A stretch of DNA of 61,599 nucleotides, filler included. It is 4 parts of 4 records of this genome, joined end to end, with 100 filler letters (N's around TTAATTAATTAA, not from the genome) between each part and the next. Parts side by side here need not be neighbours in the genome. Positions count along the whole stretch, not along the records: positions 1 to 22,937 come from SRR2962707_1471; 3 more parts are not named here. One strand, 5' to 3'. Shown piece after piece: positions 9,798-20,350 of this stretch. Position 1 is the stretch's first letter. Each line of letters starts with the position of its first letter. A program made the translations under genes and the position numbers. The notes below the pieces were generated by a model that searched no databases, was not told where the DNA came from, and saw nothing but the letters and a program-made list of their open reading frames with translations.

Positions 9798-12237
9798 GTT
9801 TCCAACCACAGCACGGGTTGTCATCATCGGCGGCGGTGTCGTCGGCGTGTCATCCCTGTACCATTTGGCTAAAATGGGCTGGACGGATTGTGTCTTGCTG
9901 GAAAAGAACGAACTGACCGCCGGATCGACATGGCATGCGGCAGGGAACTGCCCGAGTTTCAGCACGTCATGGGCTGTCATGAACATGCAGCGCTATTCGC
10001 TTGAACTGTACAAGGGGCTGGCAGACGAAGTCGATTATCCGATGAATTACCACGTCACCGGATCGGTCCGGTTGGCCCACGGCAAAAACCGCATGATGGA
10101 ATTCGAGCGCGCCTGTTCCATGGGCAATTATCAGGGTCTGAGCCTGGAAATGATGGACCTTGCCGCGATCAAGGAAAAATACCCCTTTATCGAAACCCAT
10201 GATCTGGCGGGCGGTCTGTATGACCCCGATGATGGGGACATTGACCCCGCTCAGCTGACCCAAGCATTGGCCAAAGGGGCCCGTGACATGGGCGCACGGA
10301 TCGAACGGTTTTGCCCCGCGACGGGCGTAAGCCGCGAGAATGGCGAATGGATCGTACACACGGCCAAGGGGGATATCCGCTGCGAAAAGGTGGTGAACGC
10401 GGCGGGGTATTACGCGCAGCGCGTTGGTGAATGGTTCAAACCTTATGGTGGGCGCACGGTCCCCATGGCGACGATGAGCCATCAGTATTTCCTGACCGAT
10501 GACATCCCCGAGCTTAAGGAATGGACCCAAGCGCACGGCCACAAGGTGCCGCTGTTGCGCGACGTCGACAGCTCTTACTACCTGCGGCAGGACAAATACG
10601 GCCTGAACCTTGGCCCCTACGAGCGGAACTGCAAAGGCCATTGGATGCAACCCGATGATCCGATGCCTGATGATTTCTCATTCCAACTATATCCCGACGA
10701 TCTGGAACGGCTGGAATGGTATATTGAGGACGCGATGGCGCGTGTGCCGCTTCTTGGGACGGCCGGCGTGGGGCGCGTGATCAACGGCCCGATCCCCTAT
10801 GCGCCGGACGGTTTGCCCCTGATTGGGCCTATGCCCGGCGTGCCCAATGCGTACGAGGCTTGCGTGTTCACCTTTGGCATCACCCAAGGTGGTGGCGCGG
10901 GCAAGGTGCTGGCCGAATGGATCACCCAAGGCCAGACCGAATGGGATATGTGGGCGACGGACCCGCGCCGCTATACCGACTACACCGATCAGGATTACGC
11001 GAACCAAAAGGCGATCGAGGTTTACGGCCACGAATACGCCATGCATTTCCCGCGTCATACATGGCCCGCAGGCCGCAACAAAAAACTGTCGCCCGTGCAT
11101 GACCGGATCATCGCGCAAGGCGGGCAAATGGGCCCTTACAACGGCTGGGAACGCGCCAATTGGTTCGCGCAACCGGGCGATGATGTGTCGGAAGAAGCGA
11201 CACAGACATGGGACCGCAATGGCCCATGGGCACAGCGCATCCGCGAGGAATGCGAGGCCGTGCGCGATCATGTCGGTGTGCTGGACCTGCCGGGGTTCTC
11301 GCGCTTTAGCTTGTCCGGTGCAGGCGCTGCAGAATGGCTGCGGGAACGGATTACAGGCGGTCTGCCCAAGATCGGGCGCATGAACCTTGCCTATTTCGCA
11401 GATGACCGCGGGCGGGTTGTGACCGAAATGTCCTGCCTGCGCCACGGCGATGATGACTTTACGCTGATCACTGCCGCCTCCGCACAGTGGCACGATTTCG
11501 ATGTGCTGCGCCCCGCGCAGGATGTTGGCTTGACGCTGAGGGACCATACCCGTGACTTCTCGACGCTGATCGTTACAGGCCCGCAATCACGTGAACTGTT
11601 CGTGGCGCTGGACACGCAGGCCGACCTGTCTACCACATGGCTGTCGCATCAAACTGCGACTGTCGCCGGCATGAACTGCACCTTGGTGCGGGTCAGCTTT
11701 GCAGGAGAACTTGGCTGGGAAATTCACGCGGCCAACGCGGATATGCCCGCGATTTATGATGCGGTGATTGCCGCCGGGGCAAAGCCGTTTGGCATGTGGG
11801 CGCTGAATTCACTGCGGATGGAAAAAGGCTATCGCGCGTGGAAGGGCGATTTGTCTACGGATTATACCCTGCTGCAAGGCGGGCTGGACCGGTTCGTGAA
11901 ACTGGACAAACCGCAAGACTTCCCGGGCAAAGCAGCATTGCAGAATGAACATCAGCAGGGCGTGTCAAAACGCTTTGTCACGCTGGTTGTCGAAGCGGGT
12001 GATCAGGATGCGCCTTATATGTCTACGCTCTGGCACGACGGCGAGGTGGTTGGCGAAACAACCTCGGGTGATTGGGGATACCGTGTGAACAAATCAATCG
12101 CTTTCGGGATGCTGCGGGCCGACCTTGCGAGCGTCGGAACGGAGGTCTACGTGGACATCTTCGGCACCAAGTGTCGGGCAGTTGTTCAGGCGGACGAACC
12201 GCTGTGGGATCCGGAAAACGAACGCGTGCGGGCGTAG
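9790..12237 (+). CDS. FAD-dependent oxidoreductase with GcvT C-terminal domain (dimethylglycine dehydrogenase-like)
   Basis: GGGVVG, LTAGSTWHAAG, SFAGELGWEIH and SLRMEKGY; start ATG 9790. Confidence 0.92.
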   Translation: MAEFPTTARVVIIGGGVVGVSSLYHLAKMGWTDCVLLEKNELTAGSTWHAAGNCPSFSTSWAVMNMQRYSLELYKGLADEVDYPMNYHVTGSVRLAHGKNRMMEFERACSMGNYQGLSLEMMDLAAIKEKYPFIETHDLAGGLYDPDDGDIDPAQLTQALAKGARDMGARIERFCPATGVSRENGEWIVHTAKGDIRCEKVVNAAGYYAQRVGEWFKPYGGRTVPMATMSHQYFLTDDIPELKEWTQAHGHKVPLLRDVDSSYYLRQDKYGLNLGPYERNCKGHWMQPDDPMPDDFSFQLYPDDLERLEWYIEDAMARVPLLGTAGVGRVINGPIPYAPDGLPLIGPMPGVPNAYEACVFTFGITQGGGAGKVLAEWITQGQTEWDMWATDPRRYTDYTDQDYANQKAIEVYGHEYAMHFPRHTWPAGRNKKLSPVHDRIIAQGGQMGPYNGWERANWFAQPGDDVSEEATQTWDRNGPWAQRIREECEAVRDHVGVLDLPGFSRFSLSGAGAAEWLRERITGGLPKIGRMNLAYFADDRGRVVTEMSCLRHGDDDFTLITAASAQWHDFDVLRPAQDVGLTLRDHTRDFSTLIVTGPQSRELFVALDTQADLSTTWLSHQTATVAGMNCTLVRVSFAGELGWEIHAANADMPAIYDAVIAAGAKPFGMWALNSLRMEKGYRAWKGDLSTDYTLLQGGLDRFVKLDKPQDFPGKAALQNEHQQGVSKRFVTLVVEAGDQDAPYMSTLWHDGEVVGETTSGDWGYRVNKSIAFGMLRADLASVGTEVYVDIFGTKCRAVVQADEPLWDPENERVRA

Positions 12238-12238
12238 T

Positions 12239-12283
12239 CGTTTTCTTTCAAAGAAAACGGGTCGGAGTTTCTGGAAATTCCGG
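12239..12283. repeat. Short double-hairpin intergenic element
   Basis: CGTTTTCTTTCAAAGAAAACG palindrome followed by CGGAGTTTCTGGAAATTCCG palindrome. Confidence 0.5.
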
Positions 12284-12299
12284 CTTAACAGGAGAAGTC

Positions 12300-13190
12300 A
12301 TGACAGAAATTACCCTTCTTGACGGCGGCATGGGGCAGGAATTGGTCCACCGTGCGGGCGACAAGTCAACGCCGCTTTGGGGCACGCAGGTCATGGTCGA
12401 CCACCCCGGTATGGTCGAGGCCGTGCACCGCGATTACTTTGCTGCCGGTGCCACCATCGCGACATCCAACACCTACGCGATCTTCCGTGACCGGCTTGAC
12501 GGCACACCCTACGAGAGCGGCTTTGCCGAATTGAACGATGCAGCGATGGCCGAAGCCAGGGCCGCTGCGGCAGACTTTGACGGGGCGCGTGTCGCCGGTG
12601 CGATTGGACCGATCAAGGCCAGCTACCGCCCGGATCTGCACCCGGATTATGATGAAGCGGTCAAGATTTACCGCGAAAAGGCGCAGATGACTGCGCCGAT
12701 GTCGGACCTGATCCTGTGCGAAACGGTTGTGTCGGTGTCCCATGCGCGCAGCATTCTTGATGCGTCGTTGGAAACGGGTTTGCCGGTCTGGCTGGCGTTG
12801 TCGGTCGATGACCAAGACGGCACGCGTTTGCGCTCGGGCGAACCTTTGGCTGATGTGCTGCCCCATATTGGCAAGGCTTCAGCGGTGTTGATCAACTGCT
12901 CAGCGCCCGAAGCGATCAAGCCTGCCTTGGATATTCTGAAAACCGCTGGTCTGCCTTTCGGGGCCTATGCCAACGGGTTCGAAAAGATCACGAAGGAATT
13001 TCTGGAAGACAAGCCCACTGTCGATGCCCTAAGCGCGCGGCGCGATCTGACGCCCGCCGCCTATGCCGATCACGTCATGGGCTGGATCGACCAAGGGGCC
13101 ACCATCGTGGGCGGTTGCTGCGAAGTCGGCCCTGCCCATATCAAAGAAATCGCCGAGCGGTTGCGCGCGGCGGGTCACACCATCGTCTAA
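12300..13190 (+). CDS. Homocysteine S-methyltransferase family protein
   Basis: LLDGGMGQEL; Zn ligands INC and GGCC; GAYAN; RBS GGAGA before ATG 12300. Confidence 0.92.
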   Translation: MTEITLLDGGMGQELVHRAGDKSTPLWGTQVMVDHPGMVEAVHRDYFAAGATIATSNTYAIFRDRLDGTPYESGFAELNDAAMAEARAAAADFDGARVAGAIGPIKASYRPDLHPDYDEAVKIYREKAQMTAPMSDLILCETVVSVSHARSILDASLETGLPVWLALSVDDQDGTRLRSGEPLADVLPHIGKASAVLINCSAPEAIKPALDILKTAGLPFGAYANGFEKITKEFLEDKPTVDALSARRDLTPAAYADHVMGWIDQGATIVGGCCEVGPAHIKEIAERLRAAGHTIV

Positions 13191-13202
13191 GGAAATCATC
13201 TT

Positions 13203-15647
13203 ATGGCTCTCCCCTCTCATGCGCGTGTTGTTATCATCGGGGGGGGCGTCATTGGGTGTTCTGTCGCCTATCACCTGACCAAACTGGGGTGGAAAGATGT
13301 GGTGCTGCTGGAACGCAAGCAGCTCACATCGGGGACGACTTGGCATGCTGCGGGGTTGATTGCGCAGCTTAGGGCCAGCGCGAATATGACGCGATTGGCA
13401 AAGTACAGCCAAGAACTGTACGGCGATCTGGAAGCTGAAACAGGCGTCGCTACGGGGTTCAAACGCTGCGGTTCAATCACGGTGGCGCTGACGGATGAAC
13501 GTCGCGAGGAAATCTTTCGCTCGACGGCGATGGCGCGGGCCTTTGGCGTGGACGTAGAGGAAATCGGACCCGACGACGTCAAAGCCCGCTATCCGCATCT
13601 GAACACGGATGGCGTGACGGGCGGTGTATATCTGGACAAGGACGGGCAGGGTGATCCGGGCAATATCGCGCTGGCACTGGCCAAAGGCGCGCGGCAACGC
13701 GGGGCGCAGATATTCGAACGGGTCAAGGTTACCAAAGCGTTGCGCTCGGGGCGGCGTGTTACGGGTGTTGCCTATACAACAGACGACGGCACCGAGGGCG
13801 AGATCACCTGCGATCATGTGGTCAATTGCGCGGGCATGTGGGGCCACGATGTTGGCCGCATGTTGGGCACCAGCATCCCGCTGCAAGCCTGCGAACATTT
13901 CTATATCGTGTCCGAGCCGATCAAGGGGCTTGAGCAGTTGCCGGTGCTGCGGGTGCCTGATGAATGCGCGTACTATAAATATGACGCGGGCAAGATCATG
14001 CTGGGGGCGTTTGAACCCGTCTCGAAACCATGGGGGATGCAGGGCATTCCTGACAGTTTCGAATTCGACCAACTGCCCGAGGACTTCGATCACTTTGAAC
14101 CGATCCTAGAGGCCGCCGTAAACCGTATGCCGATGCTGGCAGAGGCGGGAATTCACACGTTCTTTAACGGGCCAGAAAGCTTTACTCCCGACGATGCCTA
14201 TCATCTGGGGCTGGCCCCCGAGATGGACAATGTCTGGGTCGCTGCGGGGTTCAATTCAATCGGTATTCAGTCCGCTGGTGGCGCGGGTATGGCGCTGGCG
14301 CAATGGATGGACGAGGGGGCAAAACCCTTTGATTTGGGCGATGTCGATATCGCCCGGATGCAACCGTTTCAGGGCAACAAAACCTATCTCGTGGAACGTG
14401 CGCGCGAGACGCTGGGCCTGCTATATGCCGACCACTACCCCTACCGGCAAAAGGCCACCGCGCGCGGGATCAGGCGGACGCCGTTTCATACGCAATTGCT
14501 GGATCATGGCGCGGTGATGGGGGAACTGGCCGGATGGGAACGTGCCAACTGGTTCGCAAACCCCGGCCAGACGCCTGAATACCAGTATAGCTGGAAGCGG
14601 CAAAACTTCTTTGGCAACGTGGCTGATGAACTTGCGGCGGTGCGCAGCAATGTCGGTCTCTATGACATGTCATCCTTTGGCAAAATCCGTGTCGAAGGGC
14701 GCGATGCGACGGCGTTCCTGAACCATATCGGGGGCGGTCAATATGATGTGCCGGTGGGCAAGATCGTTTATACGCAGTTCCTGAACGACCGCGCCGGGAT
14801 CGAGGCGGATGTCACAATCACGCGCCTGTCAGATACGGCCTATCTGGTGGTCACCCCTGCCGCGACACGTCTGGCAGATGAGACGTGGATGCGTCGCCAT
14901 CAGGGTGATTTTAATGTGGTCATCACCGATGTGACGGCGGGCGAGGCGGTGCTGGCCGTCATGGGGCCAAACGCGCGCAAGCTGATGCAGGCGATCAGCC
15001 CGAATGATTTTACCAACGCGGTGAACCCTTTTGGCACCGCCCAAGAGATCGAGCTGGGCATGGGCACCGCGCGCGTGCACCGCGTGACCTATGTGGGGGA
15101 ACTGGGGTGGGAGGTCTACGTCAGTGCCGACATGGCCGCCCATGCGTTCGAGACAGTGATGGCTGCGGGGCGGGACATCGGGGCAAAGCTGTGCGGGATG
15201 CACATGATGGACAGCGCCCGCATCGAAAAAGGGTTCCGCCATTTCGGTCACGACATCACCAGCGAGGATCACGTGCTTGAGGCGGGGCTTGGCTTTGCCG
15301 TCAAAACCGACAAGCTCGCGTTCATCGGGCGCGACGCTGTGTTGCGTAAAAAGGAATCCGGGCTGGAGCGGCGGTTGTTGCAGTTCAAGCTGACCGACCC
15401 CGAACCGCTGCTGTATCACAACGAGCCGGTTTTGCGGGACGGCCAGATTGTCGGATATCTGTCGTCGGGTGCGTATGGGCACCATTTGGGCGCGGCTGTC
15501 GGTCTGGGCTATGTCCCCTGCAAGGGCGAAGCCGCAGCGGATGTTCTGGCGTCTTCTTACGAGATCGACATCGCAGGCGCGCGCATCAGGGCCGAGGCAT
15601 CGTTGAAACCGATGTACGACCCGTCTGCGGAACGTGTGAAAGTTTGA
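13203..15647 (+). CDS. FAD-dependent oxidoreductase with GcvT domain (sarcosine/dimethylglycine dehydrogenase-like)
   Basis: GGGVIG, LTSGTTWHAAG, NGPESFTPD, TYVGELGWE and RIEKG. Confidence 0.92.
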   Translation: MALPSHARVVIIGGGVIGCSVAYHLTKLGWKDVVLLERKQLTSGTTWHAAGLIAQLRASANMTRLAKYSQELYGDLEAETGVATGFKRCGSITVALTDERREEIFRSTAMARAFGVDVEEIGPDDVKARYPHLNTDGVTGGVYLDKDGQGDPGNIALALAKGARQRGAQIFERVKVTKALRSGRRVTGVAYTTDDGTEGEITCDHVVNCAGMWGHDVGRMLGTSIPLQACEHFYIVSEPIKGLEQLPVLRVPDECAYYKYDAGKIMLGAFEPVSKPWGMQGIPDSFEFDQLPEDFDHFEPILEAAVNRMPMLAEAGIHTFFNGPESFTPDDAYHLGLAPEMDNVWVAAGFNSIGIQSAGGAGMALAQWMDEGAKPFDLGDVDIARMQPFQGNKTYLVERARETLGLLYADHYPYRQKATARGIRRTPFHTQLLDHGAVMGELAGWERANWFANPGQTPEYQYSWKRQNFFGNVADELAAVRSNVGLYDMSSFGKIRVEGRDATAFLNHIGGGQYDVPVGKIVYTQFLNDRAGIEADVTITRLSDTAYLVVTPAATRLADETWMRRHQGDFNVVITDVTAGEAVLAVMGPNARKLMQAISPNDFTNAVNPFGTAQEIELGMGTARVHRVTYVGELGWEVYVSADMAAHAFETVMAAGRDIGAKLCGMHMMDSARIEKGFRHFGHDITSEDHVLEAGLGFAVKTDKLAFIGRDAVLRKKESGLERRLLQFKLTDPEPLLYHNEPVLRDGQIVGYLSSGAYGHHLGAAVGLGYVPCKGEAAADVLASSYEIDIAGARIRAEASLKPMYDPSAERVKV

Positions 15648-15698
15648 TGCTGGCAGTCGGCCCGTCCCGCGAGTAAGCAGGGGGGCAAGGAGACCAAT

Positions 15699-16619
15699 AT
15701 GCGCAATCCAGACACCCTTTCCGCTGATATCTCGACGAAATCCGAAGACACGCCACAAGGGTTGGGATTTGCGGTCGGGGCCTATGTCATGTGGGGGTTT
15801 TTACCGCTGTATATGAAGGCGATTGCCCATATCCCTGCTGCCGAAATCGTTGTGCACCGGATCATCTGGTCGGTCCCCGTTGGTGCGCTGGTGCTGATCC
15901 TGCTGGGCCGCACGGCCACCCTGCGCGAGGCATTCCGGTCCCCGCGCACCTTGCTGATGGGCTGCGTGACGGCGTCGCTGATTTCGATTAACTGGGGCAT
16001 CTACATCTGGGCGGTCAATTCGGGTCACGCGCTGGATGCGTCGTTGGGCTATTATATCAACCCATTGTTCAGCATCTTGTTGGCGTCGGTATTGCTGGGC
16101 GAACGCCTTTCAAAACTTCAAATGGCCGCGATTGCCTTGGCGGCGGTTGCCGTGGGGATTTTGACGGTGGATTCAGGCAAATTCCCTTGGGTGGCGCTTA
16201 GCCTGACGCTGACTTTCGGGTTATATGCGTTGGCCAAGAAACGGTTGCCGATCGGCCCGAACCAAGGGTTCTTGCTTGAGGTGTTGATCCTGTTGATCCC
16301 GGCATTGATCTATCTGGGCTATCTCAGCGCCACGGGGCAAACGCATTTCTTCCAAGGGACACCTTTTGACACGTGGATGCTGTTTGGTTGCGGGCTGGTC
16401 ACGGCTGTGCCGTTGATCCTGTATGCCAACGGGGCAAAGCGGTTGCGCCTGTCCACAATCGGCATCCTGCAATATATCGCGCCGACGATGATCTTTCTGT
16501 GCGCTGTGCTGGTGTTCGATGAACCCTTTGGCCGCGCACGAATGATCGCGTTTCCGATGATCTGGGCGGCGCTGGTGATCTATTCGATCTCGTTGTTCCG
16601 TCAGATGCGGCACAAATAG
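15699..16619 (+). CDS. rarD: EamA-family transporter RarD
   Basis: HRIIWS, ASLGYYINPL and LQYIAPT motifs. Confidence 0.92.
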   Translation: MRNPDTLSADISTKSEDTPQGLGFAVGAYVMWGFLPLYMKAIAHIPAAEIVVHRIIWSVPVGALVLILLGRTATLREAFRSPRTLLMGCVTASLISINWGIYIWAVNSGHALDASLGYYINPLFSILLASVLLGERLSKLQMAAIALAAVAVGILTVDSGKFPWVALSLTLTFGLYALAKKRLPIGPNQGFLLEVLILLIPALIYLGYLSATGQTHFFQGTPFDTWMLFGCGLVTAVPLILYANGAKRLRLSTIGILQYIAPTMIFLCAVLVFDEPFGRARMIAFPMIWAALVIYSISLFRQMRHK

Positions 16620-16647
16620 GGGGGCCGTTTACCGCCCCCCAAACGCC

Positions 16648-17058
16648 TCATGAAAGCGCGTCTTTGAAGGCGAGGAAACTGGGGTCTGTCATCACCCGTG
16701 CATTCATCGCATCACGCAGCGCGCCGATGGATTTATGCGGGCGCATTGCGACCTCGAACTTGGCGATTAACCCGTCGTCGTCCAGCGTGATCAGATCGAC
16801 GCCCACGGCATCCAGATCACCGATCTTGCATTGAAATTCCAGCGCCCAGTCGTTGCCTTTACCCATAATGCGACGGTACTTGAAGTCGCTAAAGACTTGC
16901 CCCACATGACCCAACACAGCTGCAACAGGCGCGCGGCCTGTCCATGTCTTGTAATAGGTCGGAGGCATGAATGTGACGTCCTCTGCCAGTAGTGGCGCGA
17001 TCTTGTCGGCTTCGCCTTTGGCGACGACGTCGATCATATTGGTAATTGTAGGGTGCAT
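16648..17058 (-). CDS. NTF2/SnoaL-like protein
   Basis: LLAEDVTF.PP, GVDLI and MRP motifs; start ATG 17058. Confidence 0.85.
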   Translation of the reverse strand: MHPTITNMIDVVAKGEADKIAPLLAEDVTFMPPTYYKTWTGRAPVAAVLGHVGQVFSDFKYRRIMGKGNDWALEFQCKIGDLDAVGVDLITLDDDGLIAKFEVAMRPHKSIGALRDAMNARVMTDPSFLAFKDALS

Positions 17059-17116
17059 GGTCGGTCCTTTGCAGCAGGTGGGTTGAAAAACCATCCTACA
17101 TCTGAGACGGACAGGT

Positions 17117-17764
17117 ATGGAAACAGAATATAACCCGCCGCAGGATCCTTTGGTGGTTTTGCACGAAGACGCCGAAGTATTGCTGGTCGATAAACCCGCA
17201 GGTTTGCTGTCGGTCCCCGGCAAGGGGCCGCATCTGGCCGACTGCCTGATTTCACGTGTGCAGGCGGTATTTCCGGACGCGTTGCTGGTGCACCGGTTGG
17301 ACCGCGACACATCGGGTGTGATGATCTTTGCGTTGACGCCCTATGCGCAGCGGCATCTGGGGTTGCAGTTCGAAAAGCGCATGACCCGCAAGACCTATGT
17401 CGCGCGTGTCTGGGGCGTGCCCGAGGAAAAGTCGGGAACAATTGATCTGCCGCTGATCGTGGACTGGCCGAACCGGCCGCTTCAGATGGTGTGCCATGAA
17501 ACCGGCAAGTCCGCGCAAACGGACTGGCGGCTTTTGAAGGACGAAGGCGACACATCGCGCATCCGCCTGTCGCCTAAAACCGGCCGCAGCCATCAGTTGC
17601 GCGTTCACATGCTCAGCTTGGGCCATCCGATACTGGGCGATCCGTTTTACGCCACGGGTCCGGCCTTGGATTTCCCGCGCATGATGCTGCATTCTGAGGA
17701 ACTGCGCTTCAACCATCCGCAAGGCGGGCGATCCACCAAAGTCAGGGCACCCGCACCGTTTTAG
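17117..17764 (+). CDS. RluA-family pseudouridine synthase
   Basis: DKPAGLLS, HRLDRDTSG, TGRSHQLRVH and GHPILGD. Confidence 0.95.
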   Translation: METEYNPPQDPLVVLHEDAEVLLVDKPAGLLSVPGKGPHLADCLISRVQAVFPDALLVHRLDRDTSGVMIFALTPYAQRHLGLQFEKRMTRKTYVARVWGVPEEKSGTIDLPLIVDWPNRPLQMVCHETGKSAQTDWRLLKDEGDTSRIRLSPKTGRSHQLRVHMLSLGHPILGDPFYATGPALDFPRMMLHSEELRFNHPQGGRSTKVRAPAPF

Positions 17765-17777
17765 CAAGGCTGCGTGA

Positions 17778-18614
17778 TCAGATTTTGATCCAGCGGTCGG
17801 GCAGGATATCGGGATTGTTCAGCTTTGGATCGTTGAACCATTTGCTAGGTCCTGCGACGCGTTTATCAGGGTTCGTATTCAACCACGCACCCCACCAGCT
17901 GAACGATGAATTCGCGATGACATTGTGCTGGCACCGCGACATCAGCCGCAGGTCTTCGTAATCGGTATCGGGGCCGTTGAAATCGACGACCACCTTTTCG
18001 AAAGGCAGTGGCAGGTTCTCTTTGGCCCATTGCGGATCATCAGAAAAAACATAAACCGTCGGCGTTTCCAGCCCGTCCGTGACAGCGGCCAGAGCCGCCT
18101 CGTAATAGGCCTGATCGCAGGTGCCATGCGCCCCCAAGGCAAGGTAATCCCCACGCCGTACATGCAGGGATACAGACGGGCCCGAGGCGATCCGCTGTGC
18201 CATCTCGGCATTTTGTGACGACATCGGGTGGCGCGGTACAAAGGCCGCGCGGATATCATCGGCAATGGCAGCAAAGTAGCGTTCGCATTGCCAGTAGCCG
18301 TGCAGATAGGTGCCATCGGGCAGGGCCTCAAAGGCGGGATTATAGCCCAACCCTTTCTCGCGATAGATTTTGGGCGCAAGGCCAAGGCTACGCCAGATGT
18401 AATACGCAAGGGGCCGTTCATGCTGTGCGGGCGGCAGGTTCTGCGGTGTCGTCAGGTCCAGATCAAATACGCGGGTCAGCACGCCTTCGCCTTTGTGGAC
18501 AGCGCGGCGGGTATCCAGCGCGAACGGCACATCAAGACGCGCTGCCAATCCCCGGGCGGCGGCGTATTGAAACATCTGATTTCCCAAACGGCCATGCAGT
18601 CGTGCGTAGATCAT
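17778..18614 (-). CDS. Alpha-1,2-fucosyltransferase (GT11)
   Basis: GRLGNQMFQYA, GYWQ, HVRRGDY and NSSFSWWGAWL. Confidence 0.95.
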   Translation of the reverse strand: MIYARLHGRLGNQMFQYAAARGLAARLDVPFALDTRRAVHKGEGVLTRVFDLDLTTPQNLPPAQHERPLAYYIWRSLGLAPKIYREKGLGYNPAFEALPDGTYLHGYWQCERYFAAIADDIRAAFVPRHPMSSQNAEMAQRIASGPSVSLHVRRGDYLALGAHGTCDQAYYEAALAAVTDGLETPTVYVFSDDPQWAKENLPLPFEKVVVDFNGPDTDYEDLRLMSRCQHNVIANSSFSWWGAWLNTNPDKRVAGPSKWFNDPKLNNPDILPDRWIKI

Positions 18615-18694
18615 CGCGATCCCCCGATATGATTTAGATGGCTTTTACCAAAAGACGTCTGGATAGGAAATCATTGGCGACATCACGCGCCGCC

Positions 18695-18731
18695 AAAAGA
18701 GAAGGGGCCACCCAGTATAGGCGGCCCCCTT
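18695..18731 (-). terminator. Probable terminator after aldehyde dehydrogenase
   Basis: GGGGCC..GGCCCC hairpin with T-rich tail on the minus strand. Confidence 0.55.
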
Positions 18732-18747
18732 AAAAAATCACATGTCT

Positions 18748-20187
18748 TTATTCAGCAGCCCAGCCGGAGACCGCTTTGATTTCGGTGAAATCCTCGATCC
18801 CGTACATGCCGCCTTCGCGACCGTTGCCGGACTGTTTCATGCCACCAAAAGGCGACCCTGCTGCACGGCCTTGGCCGTTCATTTCGACCATGCCGGACCG
18901 CAGCTGACGGGCCAGACGGTTGCGACGTGCGCCATCTTGGCTTTGGACATAGTTGGTCAGGCCATAGACCGTGTCATTCGCGATCTGAACGGCTTGCTCT
19001 TCGGTGTCGAACTTCATGATCGACAGAACCGGCCCAAAGATTTCCTCGCGGGCGATGGTCATGTCTGGCGTCACATCCGCGAAAACTGTCGGTTTAACAA
19101 AGAAACCACGGTTCAACCCGTCAGGGCGACCCGTGCCGCCAGCGACCAAACGCGCACCTTCGTCGATGCCTTTTTGGATCAGGTCCTGAATCTTGTTGAA
19201 CTGGGTTTCGTTAACGACGGGGCCAATGTGGCGACCTTCTTGGGATGCGGGGCCTACGGTCACTTGCGCTGCCACTTTTCCCGCTTCTTCTACGGCTTTG
19301 TCATAGACATCGGACTGCACCAACATACGGCTGGGCGCGTTACACGACTGGCCGGTGTTGTTCATCATGTGCAGAACGCCGCGTTTGACCGCCTTGTCAT
19401 CCGCATCGTTAAAGATCAGGTTCGCGCCTTTGCCGCCCAATTCCAAATGCACTTTCTTAAGCGTATCTGCGGCAGCTTTGGAAATCAGCGTGCCCGCGCG
19501 TGTGGAGCCGGTGAAGCTGACCATGTCGATATCTTTGTGGCAGGACAACTGGCTGCCAACGCCGACGCCGTCACCGTTCACAAGGTTGAACACACCTTTG
19601 GGGAATCCTGCTTCGTCCATCATTTCGGCAAAGATCATGGCGTCCAGCGGGCTTTCCTCGGATGGTTTCAGCACCATGGTGCAGCCCGCAACGACGGCGG
19701 CACCGACCTTGAGGGTGACCTGGTTCATTGGCCAGTTCCAAGGGGTGATCAGCGCGGCAACGCCAACCGCTTCGCGGATGATGCGGTCGTTCGGGGCGTG
19801 ATCGCCAAGGGGCTGTTCGAATTTGAATTCTTTCGCGGCCTTGATGAAGTTGCTGAGGTGCCATGTGCCGGCACCAACCTGCGATGTGCGGGACAGCTCC
19901 AGCGGGGCACCCATTTCGGTGCTCATGGCTGTGGCCAAATCTTCGGCACGTGCTTGATAAATCTCAAGCAGCTTTTCCAGCAGGGCGATACGTTCGGCAG
20001 GTGGGGTGGCCATCCAACCGGGCAGCGCGGCCTTGGCGGCGGCAACTGCGGCGTCCGTATCTGCCTGATCACCAAGGGAAATAACCGCACAGGGTTCTTC
20101 GGTGGACGGGTCGATCACGTGGTAATCATTTGGCTTTGCCGGCGAAACCCATTCGCCGTTAATATAGAACTCGCGTTTCTCTAGCAT
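18748..20187 (-). CDS. Aldehyde dehydrogenase family protein
   Basis: ITPWNWP, SFTGS, LELGGK, GQSC, EEIFGP and FGGMKQSG; start ATG 20187. Confidence 0.96.
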   Translation of the reverse strand: MLEKREFYINGEWVSPAKPNDYHVIDPSTEEPCAVISLGDQADTDAAVAAAKAALPGWMATPPAERIALLEKLLEIYQARAEDLATAMSTEMGAPLELSRTSQVGAGTWHLSNFIKAAKEFKFEQPLGDHAPNDRIIREAVGVAALITPWNWPMNQVTLKVGAAVVAGCTMVLKPSEESPLDAMIFAEMMDEAGFPKGVFNLVNGDGVGVGSQLSCHKDIDMVSFTGSTRAGTLISKAAADTLKKVHLELGGKGANLIFNDADDKAVKRGVLHMMNNTGQSCNAPSRMLVQSDVYDKAVEEAGKVAAQVTVGPASQEGRHIGPVVNETQFNKIQDLIQKGIDEGARLVAGGTGRPDGLNRGFFVKPTVFADVTPDMTIAREEIFGPVLSIMKFDTEEQAVQIANDTVYGLTNYVQSQDGARRNRLARQLRSGMVEMNGQGRAAGSPFGGMKQSGNGREGGMYGIEDFTEIKAVSGWAAE

Positions 20188-20350
20188 TGGAAAGCTCCTT
20201 TTATGATATCGCAGCACGGGGGTTGCCCTTGCCATTTGCGCACACCATGTCACCACAGTGTCGCACCTGCAAGTGAGGCCTTTCACAGGTCTGAGAAAGA
20301 CATATATAGATTATAGAATATGAAATTTAACAACGACAGGAGAACTTAAA

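Noticed and set aside
18742-20184. 480-aa plus-strand ORF opposite the aldehyde dehydrogenase
   Set aside because: Codon-register antisense shadow of a strongly biased gene; no motifs.
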